The position numbers and the translations under genes were made by a program. From Octopus vulgaris (lineage: Eukaryota), in contig OX597836.1 in the NCBI GenBank assembly GCA_951406725.2, positions 41,664,001 to 41,728,000 of the forward strand: a stretch of 64,000 nt of DNA, given 5' to 3'. Under the pieces are notes generated by a model. It made no database searches, had not been told where the DNA came from, and was given only the letters and a program-made list of their open reading frames with translations. Positions 1 through 14,913 of the stretch are shown one piece after another (the first letter of the stretch is position 1; each line of letters opens with the position of its first letter).

Positions 1-278
1 AGGCCAACAGAAACACGCCACCACGACTATCAACGTTATGTCAAAATTCTTGGTTATCTCCCCTTCTCATTTGGAGTGGCTCCTAATTGCCACCAAGCGA
101 TTGTACTACCTTCTCTGGAATTGGAGAAAGTTTTCATACATAAAGAATTTGAGGTGTTTAATGGAACCTTATTCGTTTTCATAGTTCAAATAGATGCCAA
201 AGCCACTCTGAATTATATTACTTATCTCATTTTCGTTTTATATATATATATAACAACACAGGCGTGTACACACACACG

Positions 279-351
<73 letters not shown>

Positions 352-471
352 GCACACACATATAGATGCATATCTACACATATATCTACCATGTAAATGT
401 ATGCGGGCGTATATATATATATATACGCCCGCATACATTTACATGGTAGATATATGTGTAGATATATGTGT

Positions 472-540
<69 letters not shown>

Positions 541-643
541 CATATGATTTAGTTTTAGGCCCCTCCCAAGCTACAACACACACATATATAAATATACATT
601 TCTTCACACATTCACGTACTGCATACATACATACATACATACA

Positions 644-675
<32 letters not shown>

Positions 676-710
676 CATACATACATACATATACATACAT
701 ACATACATAC

Positions 711-751
<41 letters not shown>

Positions 752-836
752 CATATATATATATATACATACATATATGTATATATATATATACACACAC
801 ACATATATACATACTCATACATACATATATATACAC

Positions 837-890
<54 letters not shown>

Positions 891-1271
891 GTATGTATGT
901 ATGTATATACACATCACGTCTGTCATCAAGTGATCACAGGATTGTTAAGTCAACAGTTATTTATCATAGTTCAGACAGTTGTTGTTTTCCCCTTTTATTT
1001 TTGTAGCTAATTTGGAGTCGCTGCTACTTGCCCAAATTCCTTTCTTGAGAATTCAAAACAAGACACCCCCTGCGGCATGATCTAATAACATTTGACTTCA
1101 ACGATCACGTGATAACTTGAAAAGAAACCGCAGCGTTCGCAATTTAACACAGCCATTATTATTAATAGTCATTCCTACTCTGAATCTACTGATGGATGCA
1201 GTGAACCGAAGACTTGATTGAATAAAACCTTGGCTCGGAAATGTAACCTCTGTTTACCCTCTATATAATTA

Positions 1272-1810
1272 TTGGGTTGTCCGGAAAGTTTGTGCCGATT
1301 TTTAAAGGAAAAAAAAGGTCAATAAATACTTGCCATTACATTTTTAATCAACCAAATATGAACCATTTTGTTGCATAATGCGTCTCCATCTTTCCTTTAA
1401 CTTGAAAATACCCTCTTCCCAGAATTGAGGTGGTTTCATGGCAAAGAATTCATCAAGGTATCTTTTTACGTCATCCAAGGAATTGAAATTTTTACCATTA
1501 GGACTATTCTGCAGAGACCTGAATAAGTGGAAATCCGATGGAGCAATATCTGGTGAATATGTAGGGGGGGGTAGGTAACACATCCCAGCCGAGCATCAAG
1601 TGCCGAAAATGAACTTTCTTATCTTCCATTTTAAAGGGTTACAAAATTAACACAGGTTATAGGAACATAAACCTTCTTCCACGAAAAGATAGCTTAAACT
1701 TTGCTCTAAATGGAGGTGGAGTCAAATCCTATTTTATGGACTCAACCATGTTCTAAAATAAGTCGAAAGGTAAGCTACTATAAATCGGCACGAACTTTCC
1801 GGACAAACTA

Positions 1811-1811
<1 letters not shown>
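1272..1811 (-). mobile_element. Non-autonomous mariner deletion derivative
   Basis: TA-flanked TIRs ttgggttgtccggaaagtt.../...aactttccggacaaactaa; transposase C-terminus YSPDIAPSDFHLFRSLQN. Confidence 0.9.
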
Positions 1812-1856
<45 letters not shown>

Positions 1857-2776
1857 GTGTGTGTGTGCGCACGCGCGCGCGTGTGTGTGTGTGCATGCGC
1901 GTACATATACACACATACACATATACATATCTCTCTTATTTCTCTTACTTGTTTCAGTCATTTGACTGCGGCCATGCTGGAGCACCGGCTTTTAGTCGAG
2001 CAAATCGACCCCGAGACTTATTCTTTGTAAGCCCAGTACTTATTCTATCGGTCTCCTTTGCCGAACCGCTAAGTAACGGGGACATAAACACACCAGCATC
2101 GGTTGTCAAGCAATGCTAGGGGGACAAACACAGACACACAAATATAGACACAAATACATATATATATATATATACGACAGGCTTCTTTCAGTTTCCGTCT
2201 ACCAAATCCACTCACAAGGAATTGGTCGGCCCGAGGCTATAGCAGAAGACACTTGCCCATGATGCCACGCAGTGGGACTGAACCCGAAACCATGTGGTTA
2301 GTAAGCAAGCTACTTACCACACAGCCACATATGACAAAAACAGCCACATATGACCAAAAAAAATAAACAATTATCTTATGAACTTCATTAGCTTACAGGC
2401 ATTTCTGCTATGGGATGCACTGGACTCATACTTGAGTGCCTGAGTAACACCTTATAGCTTCATCGGACTCTCATGTATGTTTATATATATATAAAGTTAA
2501 AGAATTATGGTTTTAAAAATAGGTGTTACATGCAATATCTAAACCTTGTTTCAGGGTAAGTCCCAGTGGGTGTGTCTGCAGAGCACGTTCACCACTTATG
2601 GCTACCAGGCATCATCAGCAATACTGTGCCTTCATCTTTGGATGTATGTCTGGAATTCCAAGGTACATGTAGGGTATATTTTAAAAGATTAATACGGAAA
2701 ACAGTATCTGTCTTTTGTATCAATCTTTATCAACTCGTGTGTTACTTTTCAACATTCTACATATATGCATATATAC

Positions 2777-3620
2777 ATATACGTGTGTGTATATTCTCAG
2801 TATCGACCAGACCGTCAGATGTTGTTGTACATCGCTTGTCACAATGAAATTCGAATTCTGTGTTGATTGCCCCATTCTTTTCCATCTTGACCCAAATCAT
2901 TCTTTTCGATGCTGGTGTGTTTATGTCCCCATTACTTAGCGGTTCGGCAAAAGAGACCGATGGAATAAGTACTGGGCTTACAAAAGAATAAGTCCCGGGG
3001 TCGAGTTGCTCCATTAAAGGCGGTGCTCCAGCATGGCCGCAGTCAAATGACTGAAACAAGTAAAAGAGTAAAAGAGAGAGCCTTTAGAATGTCATCCTCG
3101 CTGTATGTGGCCGAACATTATCCTGGTGGAAGAACATATACGTGTGTGTATATTCCCAGTATCGACCAGACCATCAGATGTTGTTGTACATCGCTTGTCA
3201 CAATGAAATTCGAAATCTGTGTTGATTGCCCCATTCTTTTCCATCTTGACCCAAATCATTCTTTTCGATGCTGGTGTGTTTATGTCCCCATTACTTAGCG
3301 GTTCGGCAAAAGAGACCGATGGAATAAGTACTGGGCTTACAAAAGAATAAGTCCCGGGGTCGAGTTGCTCCATTAAAGGCGGTGCTCCAGCATGGCCGCA
3401 GTCAAATGACTGAAACAAGTAAAAGAGTAAAAGAGAGAGCCTTTAGAATGTCATCCTCGCTGTATGTGGCCGAACATTATCCTGGTGGAAGAACATATAC
3501 GTGTGTGTATATTCCCAGTATCGACCAGACCATCAGATGTTGTTGTACATCGCTTGTCACAATGAAATTAAAATTCTGTGTTGATTGCCCCACTCTTTTC
3601 CATCTTGACCCAAATCATTT
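2777..3620. repeat. 359-bp tandem duplication (about 2.3 units)
   Basis: Near-identical units; ORF offsets 3023/3382. Confidence 0.9.
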
Positions 3621-3905
3621 AACTAAATCGTCTTCCCATTATCGTGAGGGCCTTCCCAGGGACTTTTCCGATCTCCTGGATACCATTCGGCAACTTACGC
3701 GGTTCCACTTATATGTGAAACTTGCGACTCATCCAGTCCTGCGAAACTTGTGCTTTCGGTATTCTGGAGACACATCGTTCACTCCGCTCCGTTCTCGAAT
3801 TAGCTTGTTTCAAATTTCATCTCGTAATGATATTTTCAGCATGGATCTTTCCATGGTCCTTTGCGTCTCTGTTCTCTCCTCTTCGTGGTCACGTCTCACT
3901 TGCGC
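3520..3905 (-). mobile_element. RTE-clade LINE 3' fragment (pseudogenic)
   Basis: TQRTMERSMLKISLRDEI*NKLIRERSGV...GRPSR*WEDD; 3' tail cattgtgacaagcgatgtacaacaacatctgat. Confidence 0.8.
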
Positions 3906-3967
3906 GTGTATCTAGTTGTCTGTATATGCCCATAACTTGGATGTGCGTATGTGAGCGCGTATGTATA

Positions 3968-4045
<78 letters not shown>

Positions 4046-4152
4046 TATATAGTTAATCCAAACAAGAAATCACAAAAAAAAAACACAACAACGCGAGGAC
4101 GTGGAACAAATATAGTATTATTGGACGCACAGGAAAGAAGGAAAGAATGAGG

Positions 4153-4187
4153 GTTTAACGTTTCGAGCGGAGCTCTTCGTCGGAAAC
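4153..4187 (-). ncRNA. Minimal hammerhead motif (GAGC family) in element ~4052-4260
   Basis: Minus strand: gttt CCGACGA a gagc tcc gctc GAAACGTT aaac. Confidence 0.6.
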
Positions 4188-5016
4188 ATAGGAGAAGGAA
4201 AGATCCAGAGAAGGGAAGACAGAGGGAAAAAATCGCCAACGGTACACACGCGGTCACATTTTTATATATAAGGATAAGATAGTTAATTTAATTATCGATC
4301 TTACCAAGTGTCAGCATGGGAATAAAAACCTTCAAAGGTAATAATTATTATTAAAATTATAATTTAGGTTATCTAAGAGATACCTGCACGCTGGAAATAG
4401 CAGCCAAAACTTGACTCTAAAACCACTCTAAATGTTCATACCGCACCAGATGAGAAGGCAAAAGGACAAAATTCTTCTACTGAAAAGTAAAGTACAAATG
4501 ATTCCAATTATTGTCACCATTTCTGTTTTTTCTTCTGATTCTCCAGGCAGTGATACGAAAGAGAAGGATTCCTTATGCATATCGGTTTTTTCCTCTTCTA
4601 GTCGTTGGAGATCGTGCATGATTAGCGGTAGTTTTTGGTGACTAATCTCATTGGTTTACGAAATGGCGTTTATGATTGGTGAAAGTGTTTTCAGATTTGG
4701 CCTGGAACAATGGTTTTCAACCATTTAAAAAAATCTATGGACCCCTTTGATTACTGTTTTATTCTGCTGGTGGACCCTACCTATCCATTTGATGTTTAAA
4801 AACTAGTTTTATACATACGTCTTTCAAAATTCCTATTTTGTCTCCTCCCCCCCATCCACTTGTGTCGGTTGAATTATGTTGACCACTTTTCACCCATGGA
4901 ACCCCTTTGATTCCTATCATACTCTACCGGACCCTCACAGCCATTTGATGCTCAAAAATTTTATATTTTTGCAATTAAATATTATCAAGGATTGTATTAA
5001 AAAAATTGTTCAAATA

Positions 5017-6231
5017 TTGGTTTGGTGCATAATTACTGCGGCTTTTTTAAAACAAATTTTATTCAACAAAAGCAATAACAATAGTTAACAAAAACATCTT
5101 TAAATAAGCAAATGGGAAGCAGTAATTGAAGTAGATGGTGAATATGCTCCGGAATAATCATTTAAAGATGTTTTTGTTACATGTTGTTATTGAGCTCGCC
5201 GAGGATGTCCTGCAAACACTGGTGGATCAAAATCCCATCGTAGCTGTTGAGGAACTAGCAGAGAAGATTGGATTTGGTCATTCAACCGTTCATCAACACC
5301 TGCGTGCCATCGGAAAAGTCAGCATATTGGGTCAATGGGTTCCTCACAAACCAAACAATAACAAAGGAGATCTACTGATCGGCTTAACTCAGCGCTAGAA
5401 GAAAAACGACCATCGTAGATTTTGAAAACGAAAGATGTTCTTCCACCAGGATAATGTTCGGCCACATACAGCGAGGATGACATTCTAAAGGCTCTCTCTT
5501 TTACTCTTTTACTTGTTTCAGTCATTTGACTGCGGCCATGCTGGTGCACCGCCTTTAGTCGAGCAAATCGACCCCGGGTCTTATTCTTTTGTAAGCCCAG
5601 TACTTATTCTATCGGTCTCTTTTGCCGAACCGCTAAGTAACGGGGACATAAACACACCAGCATCGGTTGTCAAGCAATGCTAGGGGGACAAACACACTCA
5701 CACAAACACACACATGCATATATACATATACATATATACGACGGGCTTCTTTCAGTTTCCGTCTACCAAATCCACTCACAAGGCTTTGGTCGGCCCGAGG
5801 CTATAGTAGAAGACACTTGCCGAAGGTGCCACGCAGTGGGACTGAACCCGGAACCATGTGGCTGGTAAACAAGCTACTTACCACACAGCCACTCCTGCTG
5901 GTACAATTTGAATAGGAAATGATGCCCCATATTCACCTGACATTACCTCAACTAATTATCATTTATTCTGCAGTCTTCAAAATTATTTGGATGAAAAAAA
6001 AAAAAAACTCTGTAGTCGAGATCGGAACAGTACTGGAGGAGAATCTTTCATCCTGGTCAAGTGGATATTAGAAGTTGTGGGGTCTTGCAAGTCTAACAGA
6101 TGGATGGAAGCGCATTGTAGAAAATGAAGGGGAGTATATTTTAAAATTAAAAAGAAAAAAGAACTTTTGTCTTAATTTTGAAAAATAAATAAAGTATAAA
6201 AAAACCGCGCATTATTTATGAGATGACCCAA
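5017..6231 (+). mobile_element. Degenerate mariner interrupted by a SINE (5496-5898)
   Basis: Imperfect TIRs with TA; GQWVPH, HQDNVRPH and PYSPDI-like motifs. Confidence 0.8.
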
Positions 6232-6614
6232 TATAATACGTAAAATGTAATATAAATAAAAATAAATATAAGTATAAATATATATATATGTATCGAAACG
6301 TGGAGTAGATGAAACAAAGGCGACTGAAGAAGGGGAATTTTCCTTGTTTTCTATGTCCTGTACTCTATTTTTTCGTTGTTTAAGAAAAATGTCCATTTCC
6401 TTGGTTTTGTGTTTATGTTTTCGTGTCTCGTTGTGTTCGACGTCTTTTTGGCCTCGGGCCGACCAAAGCCTTGAGAGTGGATTTGGTAGACGGAAACTGA
6501 AAGAAGCCCGTCGTATATATGTATATGTATATATATGCGTGTATATATACATGTAGTGGTAGGTACGTACATATATGTATGTATATATGCATATATTTTA
6601 TTTATTTATTAATT

Positions 6615-6653
<39 letters not shown>

Positions 6654-6658
6654 ATGTA

Positions 6659-6712
<54 letters not shown>

Positions 6713-6730
6713 TATGTATGTGTGTATGTG

Positions 6731-6798
<68 letters not shown>

Positions 6799-6816
6799 TA
6801 TGTATGTGTGTATGTG

Positions 6817-6854
<38 letters not shown>

Positions 6855-6861
6855 AATACAC

Positions 6862-6892
<31 letters not shown>

Positions 6893-7962
6893 GGTATCTG
6901 ACAATTCTCAGATTGTAAGGGGAGGTAATCGGGAAGGCATTTTTTGGGAGTAATTCACAACGGCCTGTTCTTCTCTTCAATTTTTGGCACTTGGTTGATG
7001 TCTTTATTTTTTGCTGCTTTTTTTAAATTTTAGAGGATGTTGTCTGAATGATGCCAGACGACATTCGAAAGTTGTCTGCCATGATTTTTAGGCCTTATTC
7101 TTCCCTCTCTCCGCTATGCATCGTATGTATGTATGTATGTATGTATGTATGTATGTATGTATGTATGTATGTATGTATGTATGTATGTATGTATGTATGT
7201 ATGTATGTATGCATGCATGCAAGCATACATGTATGTATGTATGTATGTATGTATGTATGTATGTATGTATGTATGCATGCATGCAAGCATACATGTATGT
7301 ATGTATGCGTGCAAGCAAGCATGCATGTATGTATGTGTGCATGTGAGTGTATGTATGTATCTGTGCATATATATATATTATAATTTAGGGTATCTACGAG
7401 ATACCACCACGCTAGAAATAGCAGTCAAAACTTGACTCTAAAACCACATTAAATGTTCATACAGCACAAGAAGAGAAGACAAAAAGACAAAATAGAATGA
7501 GCAAAAAATTACTGGATAATTCTAGATCCCGGATTTCTGACTTTGCATTTAGAAATGCTTTGCCTCATCAGTGGAATATACACAGAAAGTCATATAAATA
7601 CACACACACATATATATATATACAACATGCGAATACTTACATATACGAACGTATACATACATATATATATACAACACGACCAGTTTAAATTGCCGTAGAT
7701 ACCCTAAATTATAATTTTAATAATAATTATTACCGTTGAAGGTTTTTATTTCCATGCTGGCCACTTGATAAGATCGTTATTTAATTTAAATTAACAATCT
7801 TATCCTTATATATATATATACGATTTGTTCGACTAAAACCCTTCAAAGTAGAGTCTAGTATGGACGCAGTCCAGTGACTTAAACAAGTAAAAGATAAAAG
7901 ATATATACATACACACACATACACACACATGCATATACATATATACACACATATATGAATAT

Positions 7963-8053
<91 letters not shown>

Positions 8054-8112
8054 ATAAGATCGTTAATTTAAATTAAATAACGATCTTATCAAGTGCCAGC
8101 ATGGAAATAAAA

Positions 8113-8154
<42 letters not shown>

Positions 8155-8324
8155 GTGTGTTTATATTCATATATGTGTGCATATATGTGTATGCATGTGT
8201 GTTTATGTGTGTGTATGTATGTATCTTTTATCTTTTACTTGTGTAAGTCACTGGGCTGCGTCCATGCTAGACTCTACTTTGAAGGGTTTTTGTCGAACAA
8301 ATCGAATCCAGCGCATATTTTATG

Positions 8325-9110
8325 CTTGATGCAGGGTGTTTTTCAGAAGGATTGGCACATTTTCAGGAGAGATATTTGAAAATTCCAAAGAAGTACCAAA
8401 CGCTAATCTCTTTCAAAACGCTAATCTCTTTCAAAGCTCTTCTTGTACCTCTCCAGCAACTTGGTGGAGGCCACAGGGAGTCCTCCCAAGTGATGATGTT
8501 CAGGACTCTTGCCATAGTCTCCTTCATCTTCTCAATGTCTTCACAACGACTGCCCATGAGGTTATCTTTCAGTTTGGGGAACAACCAAAAGTCACAGATA
8601 GCAAGGTCAAGGGACAGTTTTGATGTCAGCTGGTTACCAGGATGGAATTGGGAACCGGCACTTTGTCCTGGCGCAAGACCTGAGTGGAAGACCTCTGGTC
8701 TTTTGCGGCGAAATCTCTTTCTGAGTTCCCTCAAAACCTCCACAAAATATTCTTCCTTGACTGTCTGCTCAAGGGGAGCCCAGTGGATGTAGGTAATACC
8801 CTTGATGTCGAGAAATGGGATTATCATGAGCGTCCCTTTGGACTTGCTTTGCCTGGACTTCTTGGGTCTGGGGAAGCCAGGATTTTTCTGTTGAGCACTC
8901 TGTCTCTTGGTATATAGATCATAGTAGAGTATCCAACTTTCGGCACAGGTTACTAGATACTTTAGTACTCTTGAATTGGAGATAATGAAATCAATTCTCT
9001 CCCTGCTGTCACCAATACGTTTTTCCTTTTGTTCGTCACTGAGGACCCTGGCAACAAACTTTGCGCAAATTTTGCGCATGCTCACATCTTCAGGAATAAT
9101 TCTGAGTAGT
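8325..9110 (-). mobile_element. Mariner transposase relic
   Basis: MRKICAKFVAR...VTCAESWILYYD...LRKRFRRKRP...DLAICDFWLFPKLK. Confidence 0.85.
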
Positions 9111-9931
9111 TACCACACTCCAAACTGTATGATTACTGTCGTTTGAGACATGCTAATTGTCTTTTTTTTATACACAAACACGGACATGCAAGCACATAAA
9201 TATGCAGGATACGTACATACATATATACATATGCATACACACATATATACATACATACACATGCAAACACACACATACATACATACGTACATGCATGGAT
9301 GTATAGGCACACACACACTGAACCACACACATGTGCACAAACAAACAAAAGGGAACGCAGTGTAAATAACGGACAGAGTCAAAACTATTGAAAAGGTTGC
9401 AAGACGCAAAGAAAATTTTAGGAAAATAAAAATAAGAAAAAAGTGGAAATTTTACCGGTGAGTGTGTTACATAATAAGGTACAAAAAGAAAATGACTCAC
9501 CCCAGACACAACAGAATATGCTTCAACACATGAACTCATATAAAGAATCTTACAGACCAAATCCCAAAACAAAACATACGACAGTCTTCATCTAGAAAAC
9601 GGTGAATTTTCTCAACCAGCTCCGATGCTCTGACCTCCGTCTAACTCTCACACCCCTCATCGTCTCTCAACCCCTGTCCACCGCCCTTAAACCTCTTGTG
9701 CTAGTGAAAGGCAAATGCTCAACTGACACAAGAAATAAGGAGAATTTCATAAGTTTTTCTAGCGTTTTAGCCCAGTTTCACACAAAATTTTATTGCTCAG
9801 AGAGCTTCCAAACGTCCCGACTGCATTTTGTAAACTAGTCAGCTGTGACAAGCAACGTTTAGAAGGGCGTGTTCAAAGTGCCGTTACAGATATCTCCTTC
9901 AGTCTGGAATAGATAAATAAAATAAAAAGAG

Positions 9932-9981
<50 letters not shown>

Positions 9982-10108
9982 AAAGGAATTCCAACCTTGT
10001 CTGATTTTCACGTTTTATTTACAATCTTATAATGATATATTATAAGATAATATAATATAATAGAATAAAATAAAATAAAATAGTAGAATGTTAAATGTTC
10101 ATTCTGAT

Positions 10109-10153
10109 TGAACTAGTACTTTCATGCATTAAATTCTGCAATCTTCAGGTTCA
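10109..10153 (-). ncRNA. Minimal type I hammerhead motif in the loop of a fold-back
   Basis: Minus strand: tgaac CTGAAGA ttgca gaatttaa tgcat GAAA gtac TA gttca; canonical core, 5-bp stem I, palindromic AGTACT stem III. Confidence 0.75.
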
Positions 10154-10486
10154 TGTAGTAGTGGTGTCAGTCATGCTTCACAATTTTTGACATTTAACAT
10201 TCTACTATTTCATTTTATTTTATTCTATTATAATATATTATCTTATAATATATCATTATAAGATTGTAAATAAAACGTGAAAATCAGACAAGGTTGCAAT
10301 TCCTTTTATTAATATATTCTTCTATACACAATCACACACACCCATATCTCCGTTTCAAACACCGCGAATCTACAACTAGTTAAGCTACGAAGAACAAGTT
10401 AAGCTTCCTCGTAGCTAAACTTTTTGGCACTCTGAACATGTGCAAAAGTAAAGCTGCGTGTGTGTGTGTGCGCGTGTATGAGCGTA

Positions 10487-10549
<63 letters not shown>

Positions 10550-10869
10550 AACAGAGAGAGACGAAGAACGTGTATATTTATTTCTTTACTACACACAAGG
10601 GGCTAAACATAGAGGGGACAAACAAGGACAGACAAACGGATTAAGTCGATTATATCGACCCCAGTGCGAACTGGTACTTTATTTATCGACCCCGAAAGGA
10701 TGAAAGGCAAAGTCGACCTCGGCGGAATTTGAGTGTCTTCTACTATAGTCTCAAGTCAATCAAAGACTGGATTTGGTAGACGGAAACTGAAAAAAGCCTG
10801 ATAGATCGTTAGCTCCTACACGCATTTTTTCTCTCTCCTTGTTTCTCTCCTTGTTTCTTTTCTGTGTAT

Positions 10870-10904
10870 CTTTCTGTCGAAGAGCGTAGGCTCGAAACGT
10901 AAAA
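10870..10904 (+). ncRNA. Minimal hammerhead motif (GAGC family, A6U variant)
   Basis: ttt CTGTCGA a gagc gtag gctc GAAACGTA aaa. Confidence 0.5.
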
Positions 10905-11508
10905 AACTTTTTCTATACCTGAGCGCCATACTAATACATTTGTTTGCTTTGTACACCACCTGCCTTCGTCTTTTGTTTATTTTCGTAAACTTTCCCTTTA
11001 TAATATATATGTATATATTTATCTGCGTGTGTGTCTTTGTGTCTGTGTTTGTCCTCACTTCGTTGCTTGACAACCAGTGTTGGTGTGTTTACGTCCTCGT
11101 AACGTAGCGGTTCGGCATAAGTGACCGATAGAATAAATACTAGGCTAAAAATTAAGTTCCGGGGTCGAATTGTTCGGCAAAAAGAAACTTGAAGGCACTG
11201 CTCCAGCATGGGTGCAGTCAAATGACTGAAACAAGCTGTAGAATAAAAATATAGAAGAATACGAATATATATATATATATATATATATAGTAATGCAATA
11301 CGAGAGTATTGCTTTCCAGTATATATGTGTGTATATATATATATATGTATGTATATATATATATATTATATATATATATAAGTATACATATAAGTGTATA
11401 TACATGTGTATGTATACATATATGTGTATATGTGTATGTATATATAAATATATATGTATGTATATATGTTTCTATAATATATATATGCATATATACATAC
11501 ATACACAC

Positions 11509-11542
<34 letters not shown>

Positions 11543-11567
11543 GTGTGTATATATATATGTGTGTGTG

Positions 11568-11601
<34 letters not shown>

Positions 11602-12185
11602 TGTATGTATGTATGTATGTATGTGTGTGTGTGTATGGATGGATGGATGGAGAGAGGGAGGGATAGGTTACCAGGATGTGTCATCTGAGTATCTTACGTT
11701 TAAAAAGTTTAAGTTTAATTGGACATGCTTTGAGAAAGCAAAATATACCACAGCCAAATCTTTTATATATATCACAAACATGGACGAACACAGCGTTAAC
11801 CTACTGGGGAAGGTTTGCTAAAGCGGGGTGTATGTGTATATGCGTGTGTATGTGTGTATACATACATACATACATACATACATACATACATACATACATA
11901 CATACATACATACATACATACGTACATACATATACATGCATACGCGCACACACACACATATATATGTATGTTTGTGCGTATATATGTATGTATATATATG
12001 ATTGTATGAATATATGTATATACACAAATACATATACATGTATATACATGCATACATACACACACACTCACACACACATATATATATATACACATATATA
12101 GACACACACAAATACACACACATTCATATATATGAGAGAGCGAAAGAGAAAGAGAGAGAGAAAGTGAAATATACATAAGCAGATA

Positions 12186-12243
<58 letters not shown>

Positions 12244-12566
12244 CAACAATTGAGGGTAAAATTAATTAGTTATTAATCAATTTCACCAAGTGTTCAGTAT
12301 GTAAAGGGACCATTTAAGACGAATTCAAAATATTACATTGTATAAAAGGGCTTAGTAAAATAAATTACTTTGCCACATACTGAACTCATTAGAAATAGCA
12401 GCCAAAAAAAAGATTTTTTAGCCATTTCTAATACTTAAAGAAAATTCTTTAAGTATTTCTTTAAGTATTAGAAATGGCTAAAAAATCTTTTTTTTGGCTG
12501 CTATTTCTAATGAGTTCAGTATGTGGCAAAGTAATTTATTTTACTAAGCCCTTTTATACAATGTAA

Positions 12567-12632
<66 letters not shown>

Positions 12633-13061
12633 TAGATAGATAGATAGATGGATAGATAGATGGATAGATACACACATACATAATACATAATACACACATG
12701 CATACATACATACATACAGATAGATAGATAAACAGAGAGATTGTATATTTCTTTATTGCCCACAAGGGGCTAAACACAGAGAGGACAAACAAGGACAGAC
12801 AAAGGGATTAAGTCGATTGCATCGACCCCAGTGCGTAATTGGTACTTAATTTATCGACCCCGAAAGTATGAAAGGCAAAGTCGACCTCGGCGGAATTTGA
12901 ACTCAGAACGTAGCGGCCGACGAAATACGGCTACGCATTTCGCCCGGCGTGCTAACGATTCTGCCAACTCGCCGCCTTATAGACAGAGAGATTGATAGAC
13001 GTGCATTGCATATATATGTGTAGAAATATAAATATCCATATATCTATCCACACACACAGAC

Positions 13062-13106
<45 letters not shown>

Positions 13107-13307
13107 CGCACATATATGCTGCAATTTAATTCAAGTATCCCAATTTGATGAGGATCTGGTTAGATGCATTGGCTGCCATATCCTTAAGCAGATGACCTCG
13201 CTTCCTATTTGGAGTAATAGTGGGTGAAATCAGAATAGGGGCCAGGGCTGTGCTGATAACATATCTTACGGTGAAAACTACCGCTCAAAAACGGAAATGA
13301 CTGTCGA

Positions 13308-13356
<49 letters not shown>

Positions 13357-13402
13357 TTATATATCTATATGAATAAATGTATATATATATATGTATATGT
13401 GG

Positions 13403-13488
<86 letters not shown>

Positions 13489-13634
13489 AGTAGATAGAGA
13501 CGAGTAAGAGATAAAGGCTGCCAAGAAGAATTATCGTTTCATTGAATGTCATTTTTGGGTGTTAAACGTGTAACAGGAATATATACAACGATAATTGGGG
13601 AAAATAGCCCCATATATACGCATCTGAATCTGTG

Positions 13635-13749
<115 letters not shown>

Positions 13750-14348
13750 GTATATATATATACATACATTATATATATATATGTAATGTATGTATGTACG
13801 TATTGCCAGCAGGGGTCTGTATAACAGAAACAGATGGACGCAACTAAATTGGGCACCGAACAATTAGTGTATACACATGACAATATGAAGGGAGCGGATA
13901 TCTACATATATACACACAGAAACGTGTGCACACACACACACACATACACACACTAACGTACACACACATCCACCCACACACACACACACACATACATATA
14001 TACACATATGTGACGTGTGTATGTTTCCATTTACATATATATATATATATACATTCAACAATATAAGGAATGGCCATAATAGGACATTCGAATCTCTAGA
14101 AAGAGCAGCCAAACTCAAACCGCTAAATAGTTGTAATTCTGAAATTGAAAGAGAAATAAATCTTCTCTTTCAATTTCAGAATTACAACTATTTAGCGGTT
14201 TGAGTTTGGCTGCTCTTTCTAGTGAGTCGAATGTCCTATTATGGCCATTCCTTATATTGTTGAATGTATATTATATAGTCTTTGACTATCTTTTCTTTCT
14301 CACTAGACCGCTGGTGGCGGAGAATTTCTTTCTAGAATTTTTTGCTAC

Positions 14349-14451
<103 letters not shown>

Positions 14452-14501
14452 CCTACATAGACACATTGTATACTATTGTATAACAAAATATATACATATA
14501 G

Positions 14502-14578
<77 letters not shown>

Positions 14579-14913
14579 TATATGTATTTATCAATATGCG
14601 TTTATATACATTCGCATGTGCATATCAATGTGCGTGCATCTGTGAATATGCACGTGCGTGTGTGTATATGTGTGTGTGCATGCGTGTGTGTGTGTGTGTG
14701 TGAGCACTGATTTGAGTATCCGTATGAGTCAGACAAAATGGTAAGCAGCAATGTATGTAGAATTAAAGTTGGTAAAAAAAAGTTCTGGGAAAGATAATAG
14801 AGGAAGAGAGAGAGAGAGAGGAGGTTAGAGGAAAGAGAGAGAGGGGGGGAGAGGGAGATATGTTGAGGAGAAAAAGTTAAAAAAAGGGAGAACCAGCCAA
14901 TATACACGTTCTT

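Noticed and set aside
54-114. Minus-strand terminal exon EGSTIAWWQLGATPNEKGR*
   Set aside because: Acceptor is plausible, but there is no linked exon and it conflicts with open plus frames; unsupported
2555-2643. Plus-strand exon-like segment (tttcag|...|gtatgt)
   Set aside because: No partner exons or recognisable protein
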